A stretch of DNA of 64,000 nt from an uncultured Christensenellaceae bacterium. GTDB lineage: Bacteria; Bacillota; Clostridia; Christensenellales; UBA3700. A model generated the notes under the pieces. That model was not told the DNA's origin, did no database searches, and saw only the letters and a list, made by a program, of their open reading frames with translations. The stretch is from NCBI GenBank assembly GCA_944383905.1, contig CALWRI010000006.1, positions 3,883 through 67,882 of the forward strand, written 5' to 3'. The position numbers and the translations under genes are program-made. How positions within the stretch are numbered: the first letter of the stretch is position 1; every line of letters starts with the position of its first letter. Positions 16,012 through 25,246 of the stretch are shown one piece after another.

Positions 16012-17330
16012 CAGTCTTTATACTCCAAAGAAACGTCGTTCCTTACGATATCTTCGTAAGTCTGCGGTTTTACCGCATATGCACTCTTTCCGTCCTTGAC
16101 GAAGACGACGGGCGGCACGAAGTTGCGGTTGTAATTGCTCGACATCGAATAATTGTATGCGCCTGTCGTGAATACTGCGACGATATCGCCGCGTTTTGCC
16201 TCGGGAAGCGCTACGTCCTTGAGGATTATATCGCCGCTTTCGCAACACTTGCCCGCAACGGACACGACCTCGCAAGGCTTTTCGTCCGCGCGGTTGGCGA
16301 GCACGGCGTCATACTTCGCGTCGTAAAGCGCGGGACGTATGTTGTCTGTCATGCCGCCGTCTATTGCGACGTATTTTCTTATACCTTCGATATTCTTTAT
16401 CGCTCCGACGGTATAGAGCGTCACGCCCGCTTCTCCGACGATCGAACGACCCGGCTCAATCATAAAGAACGGCTTTTTTATCCCTTTCTTCTCAACCGCG
16501 GTCTTGAGCGAAGAAGTCAGAAGCGAGACGTAATCGCAATATTCGTTCACGTCGTATTTCGGGTCGTCTCCGCTGTAATATACGCCGAAACCTCCGCCGA
16601 AATTGAGCTCGTCGACGACGATCCCTCTTTCTTTGAGCTTTGCGACGTAATCGGTCACGACGTCGACGGCAAGCGCGAAAGCCTGCTTGTCGAAGATCTG
16701 CGAACCGATATGGCAATGAAGTCCGGCAAAGCGCAGATTGCTCTTTTTGAGTATCGCATCAATGGCTTTGTCTGCATATCCGTTTTTCACGCCGAAGCCG
16801 AATTTCGAATCCACCTTCGCGGTCTGTATAAACGAGTGCGTGTGAGCCTCTACGCCGGGATTTACGCGCACGAGGACTTTTTGCACTATTCCTTTTTCAG
16901 CACACTTCCCGTCAAGCAGGTCGATCTCGTCAAAACTGTCGACGACAAACGTCCCCACTCCGACCTGCAAGGCAATATCTATTTCTGACGGCAGCTTGTT
17001 GTTGCCGTGGAAATAAGCCTTTTTCATGTCAAATCCGACGCTGTTTGCGGTGTAGATCTCTCCGCCCGATACCACGTCGATATACATACCTTCCTGCATC
17101 GCGATCTGATATATCGCCTTGCACGAGAACGCTTTTGACGCATAAGCCACGCCGCCCGAACCGTATGTGCCGTCAACCGTGTGCTTGAACGCCCTGCATA
17201 CGCTCCTGATATAATCTTCGTCCATAACGTAAAGCGGTGTGCCGTACTTCGCGACGAGGTCGACAGCGTCGACGCCGCCGATCTGAAGATGTCCTTTGCC
17301 GTTTACGTTCATTGTATCTCTGTAATTCAT
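16011..17330 (-). CDS. lysA: diaminopimelate decarboxylase
   Basis: 439 aa. YASKAF (PLP Lys region), HCHIGSQI, GGGFGV and CESGD motifs. Confidence 0.9.
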   Translation of the reverse strand: MNYRDTMNVNGKGHLQIGGVDAVDLVAKYGTPLYVMDEDYIRSVCRAFKHTVDGTYGSGGVAYASKAFSCKAIYQIAMQEGMYIDVVSGGEIYTANSVGFDMKKAYFHGNNKLPSEIDIALQVGVGTFVVDSFDEIDLLDGKCAEKGIVQKVLVRVNPGVEAHTHSFIQTAKVDSKFGFGVKNGYADKAIDAILKKSNLRFAGLHCHIGSQIFDKQAFALAVDVVTDYVAKLKERGIVVDELNFGGGFGVYYSGDDPKYDVNEYCDYVSLLTSSLKTAVEKKGIKKPFFMIEPGRSIVGEAGVTLYTVGAIKNIEGIRKYVAIDGGMTDNIRPALYDAKYDAVLANRADEKPCEVVSVAGKCCESGDIILKDVALPEAKRGDIVAVFTTGAYNYSMSSNYNRNFVPPVVFVKDGKSAYAVKPQTYEDIVRNDVSLEYKD

Positions 17331-17689
17331 GTTCTTTCTCCTATATTATAAAATTTTAACAAAATTAAGCCGTCAAGTCAATTTTTTATTATAATTATGT
17401 GCGCTAGTAGATAATCGTATAAAAAGATTAACGTCCCGTTAAAATACAAAGAAAAATGTTTTTCAAGCAAACTGCTCTCCGACAATAGAAACGCTCTGAA
17501 AATCCGCGGCAAATTTCCTATCAAAATAGCGACTCAATATTATTATTTAGTATATTTCAGTATTGAAATCAATTCATTGTCAAAAGAAATTTTCAGTAAT
17601 TATTGATATTTATTATGCAAAAAAATTATATTTTAGAAATTATGAATAAATTATCAATAAACTTGCTGCATTATGCCGATTTCAAAGAT

Positions 17690-17965
17690 AAAAAACTCTC
17701 CGTATTCACCCGAAACTCATAAAACGCACAATTGCAAAACGCAAAATAGGTTGTTGCCCCGCACGGATACGTCGACCACGCAATGCCTTTTGAAAAAATG
17801 TTTTTCATCGGAAAGCCGGAGACCCTTTTGCGTCAGTGCTTGCTCACGCGCTTTTCGCAAGACTTTTCTCTTGTCTTTACATAGTTGGAGACTCTTCCCC
17901 GGACAGAGCCGAAACTCAATCCGGGTAGCGTCTCCTCTCCGACCGTAACGTCAGACAAAACTCAC
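17690..17965. ncRNA. candidate structured RNA or regulatory element, unclassified
   Basis: Normal-GC segment with no credible ORF and dense pairing. GGAGAC(17887)/GTCTCC(17930) enclose CCCGGA/TCCGGG and an inner stem that pairs fully only as minus-strand RNA (GAGU-UUCG-GCUC). Duplicated CCGAAACTCA and CTCTCCG motifs. I could not match it to a known family. Confidence 0.2.
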
Positions 17966-17972
17966 TCTTTTG

Positions 17973-19184
17973 TCACCACTTTCCTGCAAGATCTTTTATT
18001 ATATCCCACAATGTGGCGCGAGGAATGTCTCTGTCGCTTATAAGATCGAAGTAATAACTCTCCTCTCCTTTCGTAATCTTTATTCTGCCCACGACGTCGC
18101 CTTTTTTGACGGGAGCTTTGAGCTTTTCGGGCAATTCATATTCGATTTTTACGTCTTCGCCCTGCTTTATAAGCACCGATGCGTCCTCTGCGGCGACAGG
18201 CGTCATAGTCTTGACCCTGCTCTTTTCCACGGCAACGCTGTCTTCTATCTTTTCGCCTTTTCTGCATACGACTTGGTTCCTGAAATTGGCGAACGCATAG
18301 TTAAACAATTTCCCCGCTTCGGCAAATCTCGTCTTGCTGTCTTGCGCGCCTATCACCGTGGACACAGTCTTTATCCCGTTTCTTTCCGCACACGCGGAAA
18401 TGCAGAATTTCGCGCTGTCGGTAAATCCCGTCTTACCTCCGAGACAGCCGCGGTACTGCCTGATCATTTTATTTGTATTGGTGAGAGTCGTCTCTCTGCC
18501 TGACGGATGAACGAATTGCTCCGTCCATATCGTGGAATAATCGTAGTATTTGTCGTGCTTCATAAGCTCTCTTGTCATCACGTTGACGTCGCGTGCGGTC
18601 GAATATTGTTCGGATTCGGAAGGAAGTCCCGTAGCGTTGGCAAATTTCGTATTTGTCATTCCGAGACTTACCGCTTTCTCGTTCATCGCCGCGACAAACC
18701 CTTCGACGCTCCCGCTCACAGTCTCCGCAAGCGCAACGGCTGCGTCGTTGGCGGAAGCTACTATCACGCCTTTGAGCAGATCGTCGACCTTGTATTTTTC
18801 ACCTGCGTCGAGGAACATCTGACTGCCGCCCATTGACGACGCGAAATCGGATACGACGACCTCGTCGTCAACGCTCAATCTGCCGTCCTCTATCGCTTCA
18901 AACACGAGATCTGCGGTCATGATCTTTACCATACTTGCGATTTCGTGCTTGCTGTCCGCATTGTAGGAATACAGCTCCGCACCTGTCGCGAAGTCCGAAA
19001 GGTATGCGGAATGACAGATCAAGGAAAGTCCGTTGTTTCCCGTCTCCGCGCTCGCTTCGTTTGCCTCGACAGCGAGTTCGAGTGCGACCGCCCTCTCTCC
19101 CGACCTTTCCGCGATAAACGCGCCTACAAGAACGGGGATCGCAAGGGCAAGCGCCGCGATAAATACAAAAAATTTTTTTCTCAT
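17973..19184 (-). CDS. D-alanyl-D-alanine carboxypeptidase (PBP5-type, dacF/dacA-like)
   Basis: 403 aa. Signal peptide, SxxK (IASMVKIMT), SxN (ASAND), KTG (GKTGFT) and a C-terminal beta-sandwich domain. Confidence 0.85.
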   Translation of the reverse strand: MRKKFFVFIAALALAIPVLVGAFIAERSGERAVALELAVEANEASAETGNNGLSLICHSAYLSDFATGAELYSYNADSKHEIASMVKIMTADLVFEAIEDGRLSVDDEVVVSDFASSMGGSQMFLDAGEKYKVDDLLKGVIVASANDAAVALAETVSGSVEGFVAAMNEKAVSLGMTNTKFANATGLPSESEQYSTARDVNVMTRELMKHDKYYDYSTIWTEQFVHPSGRETTLTNTNKMIRQYRGCLGGKTGFTDSAKFCISACAERNGIKTVSTVIGAQDSKTRFAEAGKLFNYAFANFRNQVVCRKGEKIEDSVAVEKSRVKTMTPVAAEDASVLIKQGEDVKIEYELPEKLKAPVKKGDVVGRIKITKGEESYYFDLISDRDIPRATLWDIIKDLAGKW

Positions 19185-19211
19185 GGTTCACCTCTCTTTA
19201 ATGATCGGCGT

Positions 19212-19240
19212 TAGTATAAGAAAAAGCGCGGTAAATATTC
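19212..19240 (-). promoter_or_regulatory. candidate forespore-type (sigma-F/G-like) promoter
   Basis: Minus strand GAATA-17 nt-TATACTA, about 28 nt upstream of the ATG at 19184. It resembles the B. subtilis sigma-G consensus GHATR-N17/18-CATxxTA as I recall it. Confidence 0.3.
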
Positions 19241-19255
19241 GGCGCAAAAAAATAA

Positions 19256-19313
19256 GCCGACCGTGAGCCGACTTCAATTGACTACTTCGCCGACAGACCT
19301 GCGCCGTGCCGAC
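19256..19313. repeat. four direct copies of GCCGAC (two extended to GCCGACTT)
   Basis: Copies at 19256, 19267, 19289 and 19308, with spacings of 11, 22 and 19 nt, between the deoB stop and the dac promoter region. Confidence 0.6.
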
Positions 19314-19335
19314 TTTGTCTGATATCAAAAATCCT

Positions 19336-20496
19336 CTACTTGCCGTCGCTCCGTGCGGCGTCGACCTCTTTTACATTATACCGCACGCCGAAAAAGTCGG
19401 CGATTTTGTTTGCAATATAATAAAATCCGTCTATCGTACCGAGATTTTTGCCCGTTTTTCCCTTTTCGTACACGATAAGCGGCACGTTTTCACGCGAATG
19501 GTCTGTGGACGGGGTGGACGGATCGCAGCCGTGATCGGCTGTAATTATCAGCATATCGTCATCACCGAGCTTATTCAGAATACCCGACAATATATTATCG
19601 AACGCGTTGAGACAATCGGCATACCCTTTAACGTCGTTTCTGTGCCCGTAAAGCATATCGAAATCCACAAAATTGGCAAATACGAGCGCGTCTTTTTCCG
19701 GCTTATAATCGAGTATCCCGTCGCCGACCTCTTTGTTGCCGTGTGCAGGCAGGACGCGAGTTATCCCGTAGCCGCAGAATATGTCGTTTATTTTGCCGAC
19801 GGATACGACCTCGATACCGTTTTCGGAAAGCGCGTTGAGAACGGTTTTTGCGGGCGGTTTGAGCGCGTAATCGCGTCTGTCCGACGTGCGGTAATAATTC
19901 CCGTCCTTATCTTTTGAAAACGGACGAGCTATTATCCTGCCGACGCTGTCTTTGCCGCGCATGATCTTTCTCGCCTTTTCGCAGCAGTCGTAAAGTCTTT
20001 CAAGCCCGAAGGTATCCACGCTTGCCGCGATTTGCAGAACGCTGTCCGCCGACGTATAGACTATCGGCAAGCCCGTTCTTTCGTGCTCCGCACCGAGCTC
20101 TTTTATGATCTCCGTGCCGCTCGCCGCCTTGTTTCCGAGCACACTGTCCACTCCCCACGCGTCGCAAAGCGCGGAAATTACGTCGTGCGGAAACCCCTTC
20201 GGATATATCGGATAAGGAGTCCTGACGATAAGACCTGCGATCTCGTAATGACCCGTCGTCGTGTCTTTGCCGTCAGAATCTTCCGTCAGTCTGCCGAAAC
20301 TCGCAACGGGCGCATTTGCGGGCGAGGCAAAATCCAGCCCGTCGATATTGTCAAAGCCGAGCGCGTGCAGGTTGCGCGCGTTCAGATAAGGATATATCGC
20401 CTTGTAGGTATTGCTCCCTTCGTCTCCGAATTTCGCCGCGTCGGAAGCGGCTCCGATGCCGAGACTGTCGAGAACGATCAGATAACAGGTCTTCAT
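19336..20496 (-). CDS. deoB: phosphopentomutase
   Basis: 386 aa. MKTCYLIVLDSLGIG start and the ITADHGCDPSTPSTDHSRE metal-site motif. Confidence 0.9.
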   Translation of the reverse strand: MKTCYLIVLDSLGIGAASDAAKFGDEGSNTYKAIYPYLNARNLHALGFDNIDGLDFASPANAPVASFGRLTEDSDGKDTTTGHYEIAGLIVRTPYPIYPKGFPHDVISALCDAWGVDSVLGNKAASGTEIIKELGAEHERTGLPIVYTSADSVLQIAASVDTFGLERLYDCCEKARKIMRGKDSVGRIIARPFSKDKDGNYYRTSDRRDYALKPPAKTVLNALSENGIEVVSVGKINDIFCGYGITRVLPAHGNKEVGDGILDYKPEKDALVFANFVDFDMLYGHRNDVKGYADCLNAFDNILSGILNKLGDDDMLIITADHGCDPSTPSTDHSRENVPLIVYEKGKTGKNLGTIDGFYYIANKIADFFGVRYNVKEVDAARSDGK

Positions 20497-20601
20497 GCTT
20501 TAATTATACAATTAAAAATCGATCCTTTCAATAGTTTTTCGGCTGCCCGTCACGCGTTTTACCCGATTTTCGACAAAGAGTGCGTTTCTGCGACAATACG
20601 A

Positions 20602-20964
20602 ATGATGTATAATCGCGGTATGAACGCAAAATCGCAGATTTCAGACTATCTATTGTCTCTCGGCATAAAACCCTCCTGCAAAGGCTACCGTTATCTTGCG
20701 GAGCTGATTTCCGCAGCGCTCTCGGGCGACGAGATCCTGCCGCTGAAATACGTCGGCTATGAAAAAATTTCGCAAAAATTCGGGTCGAATATTGACTGCG
20801 TGGACAAAAACATACAAAACTGCATTTCAAAAGCGTGGCTCGACGGAGATCTCGAAGCTCTATACGGCGAATTCGGCAATACGATCGACGTCGACAAGGG
20901 AAAACCCACGGCAAAACAATTCATAATGCAGGCTTGCGAAAAGATAAGATTGAGATCGGAATGA
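20602..20964 (+). CDS. stand-alone Spo0A C-terminal (DNA-binding) domain protein
   Basis: ISDYLLSLGIKPSCKGYRYLAELIS..ISQKFG..CISKAWLDG..LYGEFGNTIDVDKGKPTAKQFIMQACEKIRL is colinear with the B. subtilis Spo0A effector domain ([64 protein letters not shown]). There is no receiver domain. The start is ambiguous (ATG 20602, 20605 or 20620) and none has an SD. Confidence 0.75.
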   Translation: MMYNRGMNAKSQISDYLLSLGIKPSCKGYRYLAELISAALSGDEILPLKYVGYEKISQKFGSNIDCVDKNIQNCISKAWLDGDLEALYGEFGNTIDVDKGKPTAKQFIMQACEKIRLRSE

Positions 20965-21019
20965 AAATTTTGTCGCCGTTTGTCGAATATCCGCACCCTT
21001 CGCCGCATAAAGATTTACC

Positions 21020-21637
21020 ATGCGGAAGGACGGAAAAAAATTTTGCCTTAACGTAAATTATCTGAAAAACACGATCTGTGCGTTCTGCAACGACCATTCG
21101 GCGCTGATTGCCACGGTCTGTTGTTGCTGTCTCGCAGGACTTCTGATCGGGATCGTCGTTGCCGTGAGAATGGGCGAAGAATGTTTCAAACTCAACCTCT
21201 TTGCCGCTCTGAAAGCGCAGGAGTACGGCAAATTCTCCACGTTTTTCAAATTCTTTCTTCTCGCTTTTGCAACTCTCGCGATAGACTTTGCCTGCGTGTT
21301 CAAAAAATATTTTGCCGCGCTTGCCTTTCTCTGGACGGGATTTATCGGCTACCGTTGCGGGTTGTGTATCGTCGGAGCGATAAACGTATCTCTGACGGAC
21401 GGGATACTGACGGTGATCGTCTTTTATCTGCCGCTTCTGATCGGATACGTCGTGCTGACGATAGTCGCGGTAGGCATTGCGAGCAAATATTGGATCGCAA
21501 AAGGAGCGACGCTCACTTGCTCGCGTTCCGTCACAGAAACTGTTTCGCGATACGCCGCGTTTTTGCTGTGTTTTACTGCGCTTGCGCTGATATGCTGCGT
21601 AATATTTCCCGCGATTGTCGCTCTGTTGTTTCTCTGA
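21020..21637 (+). CDS. Cys-rich five-TM membrane protein, possibly SpoIIM-like
   Basis: 205 aa with five clear hydrophobic helices (for example ALIATVCCCCLAGLLIGIVVAV and ILTVIVFYLPLLIGYVVLTIVAVGIA). Size and topology resemble SpoIIM, but I recognise no diagnostic motif. Confidence 0.55.
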   Translation: MRKDGKKFCLNVNYLKNTICAFCNDHSALIATVCCCCLAGLLIGIVVAVRMGEECFKLNLFAALKAQEYGKFSTFFKFFLLAFATLAIDFACVFKKYFAALAFLWTGFIGYRCGLCIVGAINVSLTDGILTVIVFYLPLLIGYVVLTIVAVGIASKYWIAKGATLTCSRSVTETVSRYAAFLLCFTALALICCVIFPAIVALLFL

Positions 21638-21671
21638 ACGCGCTCCTCATCCGAAAGAAATCGGAGCAAAA

Positions 21672-21703
21672 CAAAAAGCGGACGGTTTCCCGTCCGCGTT
21701 CTT
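21672..21703 (-). terminator. rho-independent terminator after rny (possibly bidirectional)
   Basis: GCGGACGG-tttc-CCGTCCGC. On the minus strand it is followed by UUUUUGUUUUG. Confidence 0.7.
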
Positions 21704-21718
21704 GCTTGAAAAGATATG

Positions 21719-23326
21719 TTATTTCGCGTATTCTACGCGCCTTACTTCTCTTATCACGTTTACTTTGATCTGTCCCGGATATTCGAGTTCCGCCTCCAGC
21801 TTCTTCGCGATCTCCTTTGCCATGAACATGGTCTTTGAGTCGTCGATTTCTTCGGGCTTTACAATGACCCTTATCTCTCTGCCTGCCTGTATCGCATACG
21901 ACGTTTCGACGCCTTCGAACGAATTTGCAAGGCTTTCCAGCTTTTCGAGTCTCTTGACGTAATTTTCGAGCGATTCTCTTCTCGCGCCCGGTCTCGCTCC
22001 CGATACAGAGTCCGCCGCCTGAACGATTATCGCTTCAAGCGTCTGCGGCTCCACGTCGCCGTGGTGAGCTTCGATCGCGTGTATCACCGCGCGGCTCTCC
22101 TTGAATTTCTTGGCGAGTTCAACGCCTATCGTGACGTGAGTGCCTTCGAATTCGTGGTCGACGGATTTGCCTATGTCGTGAAGCAATCCCGCTCTCTTTG
22201 CGACTTTGACGTCCGCGCCGAGTTCCGAAGCCATCATACCCGCGAGGAAACAAACCTCGAGAGAATGCTTGAGCACGTTCTGACCGTAACTCGTGCGATA
22301 CTTGAGTCTGCCGAGAAGTTTTACGAGTTCGGGATGCAAACCGTATACGTTCGCGTCAAACGCCGCCGTTTCGCCTGCTTCTTTTATCTGCGCGTCCATT
22401 TCCTTTTTGACCTTTTCAACGGTTTCTTCTATCCTTGCGGGATGTATTCTGCCGTCGGAAACGAGTTTTTCGATCGTCAGTCTCGCAATCTCGCGTCTGA
22501 CCGGATCGAATCCGGAAATGGTAACTACGTCCGGAGTGTCGTCGATGATAAGGTCTACGCCCGTGCAATTTTCTATCGAACGGATGTTTCTTCCGACCCT
22601 GCCTATAAGACGTCCTTTCATATCCTCGTTGGGAAGGGCTACGACAGAAACGGCAATTTCCGACGCGTGATCTACCGCACATCTCTGAAGCGCCATACCG
22701 ACAATGTTTCTCGCCTTTTTATCCGCTTCTTCTTTGGCTTGCTGTTCTATCTCTCTGACCTTGACTTCTGCGTCCTTTCTCGCCTCGTCGAGCATTTCTT
22801 CCATCAACACTTCTTTTGCCTCCGACTGTGTCATGCCCGAAACCTTTTCGAGTTCCTGCACCATGGCGGAGTGAGCGTTTCTGACTTCGCTTTCGAGCTG
22901 TTCGACCTGAGCCTCTTTTTGCTCTACCTGCTTTTTCTTTTCGTCGATGAGGTCGGATTTTTTATCGATCGCGAGTTCGCGCTTCACGAGCTGGTCTTCA
23001 CGTTGAGAGAGTCTCTGTTCCGTTCTCGACAATTCAGCTTTTTTCTCGCGCGTCTCTTTGTCCAATTCCTGACGCAATCTTTGCTGCTCTTCCTTTGCTT
23101 CGACCTTTGCCTCTTTGAGGAACGTCTTTGCTTCGTTTTGGGATTCTTCTTTGAGCTTGTCGCACTCACGCTTTACGCTGCCGACCGCGCGACGCGCATA
23201 GAATCTGTACACTACCAAACCGATTGCAACTCCGACGACCGCGGTTGCTATTGCTATCACCGCAACTATACCGCCGGAAATTTCCGCCCCGAGGATAAAG
23301 GTCAAGCCGATATTACTGCTTAACAT
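21719..23326 (-). CDS. rny: ribonuclease Y
   Basis: N-terminal TM, coiled coil, KH ([15 protein letters not shown]) and HD (LLHDIGK) domains. The start is set at ATG 23326, preceded by CAGGAGG. The track start at 23347 lacks an RBS. Confidence 0.9.
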   Translation of the reverse strand: MLSSNIGLTFILGAEISGGIVAVIAIATAVVGVAIGLVVYRFYARRAVGSVKRECDKLKEESQNEAKTFLKEAKVEAKEEQQRLRQELDKETREKKAELSRTEQRLSQREDQLVKRELAIDKKSDLIDEKKKQVEQKEAQVEQLESEVRNAHSAMVQELEKVSGMTQSEAKEVLMEEMLDEARKDAEVKVREIEQQAKEEADKKARNIVGMALQRCAVDHASEIAVSVVALPNEDMKGRLIGRVGRNIRSIENCTGVDLIIDDTPDVVTISGFDPVRREIARLTIEKLVSDGRIHPARIEETVEKVKKEMDAQIKEAGETAAFDANVYGLHPELVKLLGRLKYRTSYGQNVLKHSLEVCFLAGMMASELGADVKVAKRAGLLHDIGKSVDHEFEGTHVTIGVELAKKFKESRAVIHAIEAHHGDVEPQTLEAIIVQAADSVSGARPGARRESLENYVKRLEKLESLANSFEGVETSYAIQAGREIRVIVKPEEIDDSKTMFMAKEIAKKLEAELEYPGQIKVNVIREVRRVEYAK

Positions 23327-23388
23327 TTGAACCTCCTGATATTCCATTTTTAAGTTTCATTTGCCCGAACACGTCGGGTTATTGTCTT

Positions 23389-23418
23389 ATTATAACCTTA
23401 TTTTGCGCGCGTTGTCAA
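23389..23418 (-). promoter_or_regulatory. candidate sigma-A promoter of rny
   Basis: Minus strand TTGACA-18 nt-TATAAT, about 60 nt upstream of the rny start. Confidence 0.5.
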
Positions 23419-23461
23419 TGTAAATCCGAATTTTTGACCCTTTGTGCCCTTTTTTTCGTGT

Positions 23462-24469
23462 TTACGCGTTCGCGCCCGTGATCTTCGCCTTGATCTCTTC
23501 CATAAGTTCGGGATTATCCTCAAGGTATCTGACCGTGTTGTCCCTGCCCTGACCGATCTTTTCGTCGTTGTAGCTGAACCAGGAACCGCTCTTGACGATC
23601 ACCTTCTTTTCGAGCGCAACGTCGAGCACACAACCGCTCTGCGAGATACCCTTGCCGAAGATGATGTCGAATTCCGCCGTTCTGAACGGAGGAGCAAGTT
23701 TGTTTTTGACGACTTTGGCTTTCGTATGATTACCTATGAATTCCGCGCCGTCCTTGAGCGTATCGCCCTTTCTCACTTCCACTCTTATGCTCGCGCCGAA
23801 TCTCAACGCTCTGCCGCCGGGAGTGGTCTCCGGATTGCCGAACATTACGCCGACCTTTTCTCTTATCTGGTTGATGAAGATTATGCATGTGTTGCTCTTG
23901 CTTATTATGCCCGTGAGCTTGCGCAGAGCCTGCGACATAAGTCTCGCCTGTACGCCGACGGAGCTTTGCCCCATCTCGCCGTCGATCTCCGCTCTCGGAG
24001 TGAGAGCCGCGACGGAGTCAATGACTATCAGGTCGATAGAGTTGCTCCTGACGAGCGTTTCCGCAATGTTGAGCGCCTGTTCGCCGTCGTCGGGTTGCGA
24101 AACGTAAAGATTTTTTACGTCTACGCCGAGATTTTCCGCATAGACGGGGTCGAGCGCGTGCTCCGCGTCGATGAACGCCGCAACGCCGCCGCTCTGCTGA
24201 CAGGAAGCTATCGCGTGCAACGCGACGGTAGTTTTACCCGAAGATTCGGGACCGTATATCTCCACTATCCTTCCGCGAGGCCAGCCGCCTATACCGAGCG
24301 CCATATCGAGGGTGAGACAGCCCGAGCTGAAAGTGTCGACTTTCATCACGTTCTCGTCGCCCAGCTTCATGATCGAGCCTTTGCCGTACTGCTTCTCGAT
24401 CTTTGCGATGGCGTCTTCAATAAGCGCGGATTTTTCCTTTGCCTTATTGTCGTCGATCTTTTTTTCCAT
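23462..24469 (-). CDS. recA: recombinase RecA
   Basis: 335 aa. [14 protein letters not shown], Walker [17 protein letters not shown] and [24 protein letters not shown]. Confidence 0.95.
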   Translation of the reverse strand: MEKKIDDNKAKEKSALIEDAIAKIEKQYGKGSIMKLGDENVMKVDTFSSGCLTLDMALGIGGWPRGRIVEIYGPESSGKTTVALHAIASCQQSGGVAAFIDAEHALDPVYAENLGVDVKNLYVSQPDDGEQALNIAETLVRSNSIDLIVIDSVAALTPRAEIDGEMGQSSVGVQARLMSQALRKLTGIISKSNTCIIFINQIREKVGVMFGNPETTPGGRALRFGASIRVEVRKGDTLKDGAEFIGNHTKAKVVKNKLAPPFRTAEFDIIFGKGISQSGCVLDVALEKKVIVKSGSWFSYNDEKIGQGRDNTVRYLEDNPELMEEIKAKITGANA

Positions 24470-24479
24470 AATTACCTCA

Positions 24480-25214
24480 TTATATTTTTCTTTTTATAGT
24501 CTTGCCGACGGCGATTTCGCCGCGGATAACTCCGATAAAATAGAACAGCGCATAGTTGACTGCGGTATTGCGGACAAAATTTCTGTCCCCGTCTATCATA
24601 AGCTCAAGCACAAGCGCGCCTTCCGCGTCCGCAATCGCGACGTAACACAGTCCGACGGGAGTGTCGTATGCGTCGCTCTCCGGTCCCGCGCAACCCGTCG
24701 TGGATATTGCGAAATCGGTAATGCGGTTGGCAAGAAGCCCCTGCGTCATTTCCAGCGCGACCTGACTGCTGACGACGCCGTTGCTTTCGATCGTCTGCAC
24801 CTTGACGTGCAGTCTCCTGATCTTTGCGCTGCTGCCGTAGGTCACGAGCCCTTCGTAGAAAACTTCGCTCGCGCCGCTTGCGCCGACGATCCTCGCGCTG
24901 ACGAGTCCGCCCGTAAAGGATTCCGCAATGCTGACGGTCTTCCCGCAGTCTTTGAGTTCTCTGACGACGACCTCTTCGAGAGTCTCGCCGTCTTCGGAAT
25001 AAAGACTGCCCGCAAAGATATTTTTGAGTTCGACGACGACTTCGTTGAACGCAATTTCGTCTGCGGAATAATTGACGACGGATACGGTTACGTCGCCGTA
25101 TTCCTCCGCTATCTCTATGCTGACGCCTTCTTTTTTGATCTCTTTTGCCGCCTTCAAAGCGTTTTCTGACGGATCGAACGCTTTGAGCGTGCAGAGATTT
25201 ATGCAGTTTATCAT
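24480..25214 (-). CDS. CinA-family protein (PncC-type nicotinamide-nucleotide amidohydrolase domain, no N-terminal MoCF domain)
   Basis: 244 aa. [39 protein letters not shown]. Directly upstream of recA, as in the usual cinA-recA pair. Confidence 0.8.
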   Translation of the reverse strand: MINCINLCTLKAFDPSENALKAAKEIKKEGVSIEIAEEYGDVTVSVVNYSADEIAFNEVVVELKNIFAGSLYSEDGETLEEVVVRELKDCGKTVSIAESFTGGLVSARIVGASGASEVFYEGLVTYGSSAKIRRLHVKVQTIESNGVVSSQVALEMTQGLLANRITDFAISTTGCAGPESDAYDTPVGLCYVAIADAEGALVLELMIDGDRNFVRNTAVNYALFYFIGVIRGEIAVGKTIKRKI

Positions 25215-25246
25215 ATCATTCCCCTCTGATAACTCTTGTTTAACGG

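Noticed and set aside
17673-17948. 91-aa + strand ORF inside the lysA upstream spacer. Short AT-rich-region ORFs, such as a 35-codon ORF at 17615..17722, belong in the same category.
   Set aside because: There is no SD. The composition is Ser/Arg/Cys/Thr-rich and unlike a real protein. The ORF coincides with the hairpin-dense segment, which is better explained as RNA/DNA structure.
17331-17972. A lysine (L-box) riboswitch, which I expected in front of lysA.
   Set aside because: I could not align the conserved L-box elements as I remember them (AGAGGCGC, GCCGAAG, ACUGUCA and the closing GGAGAGC). The structured segment is also about 350 nt from the start codon. I therefore left it as an unclassified candidate. 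A covariance-model search is needed.
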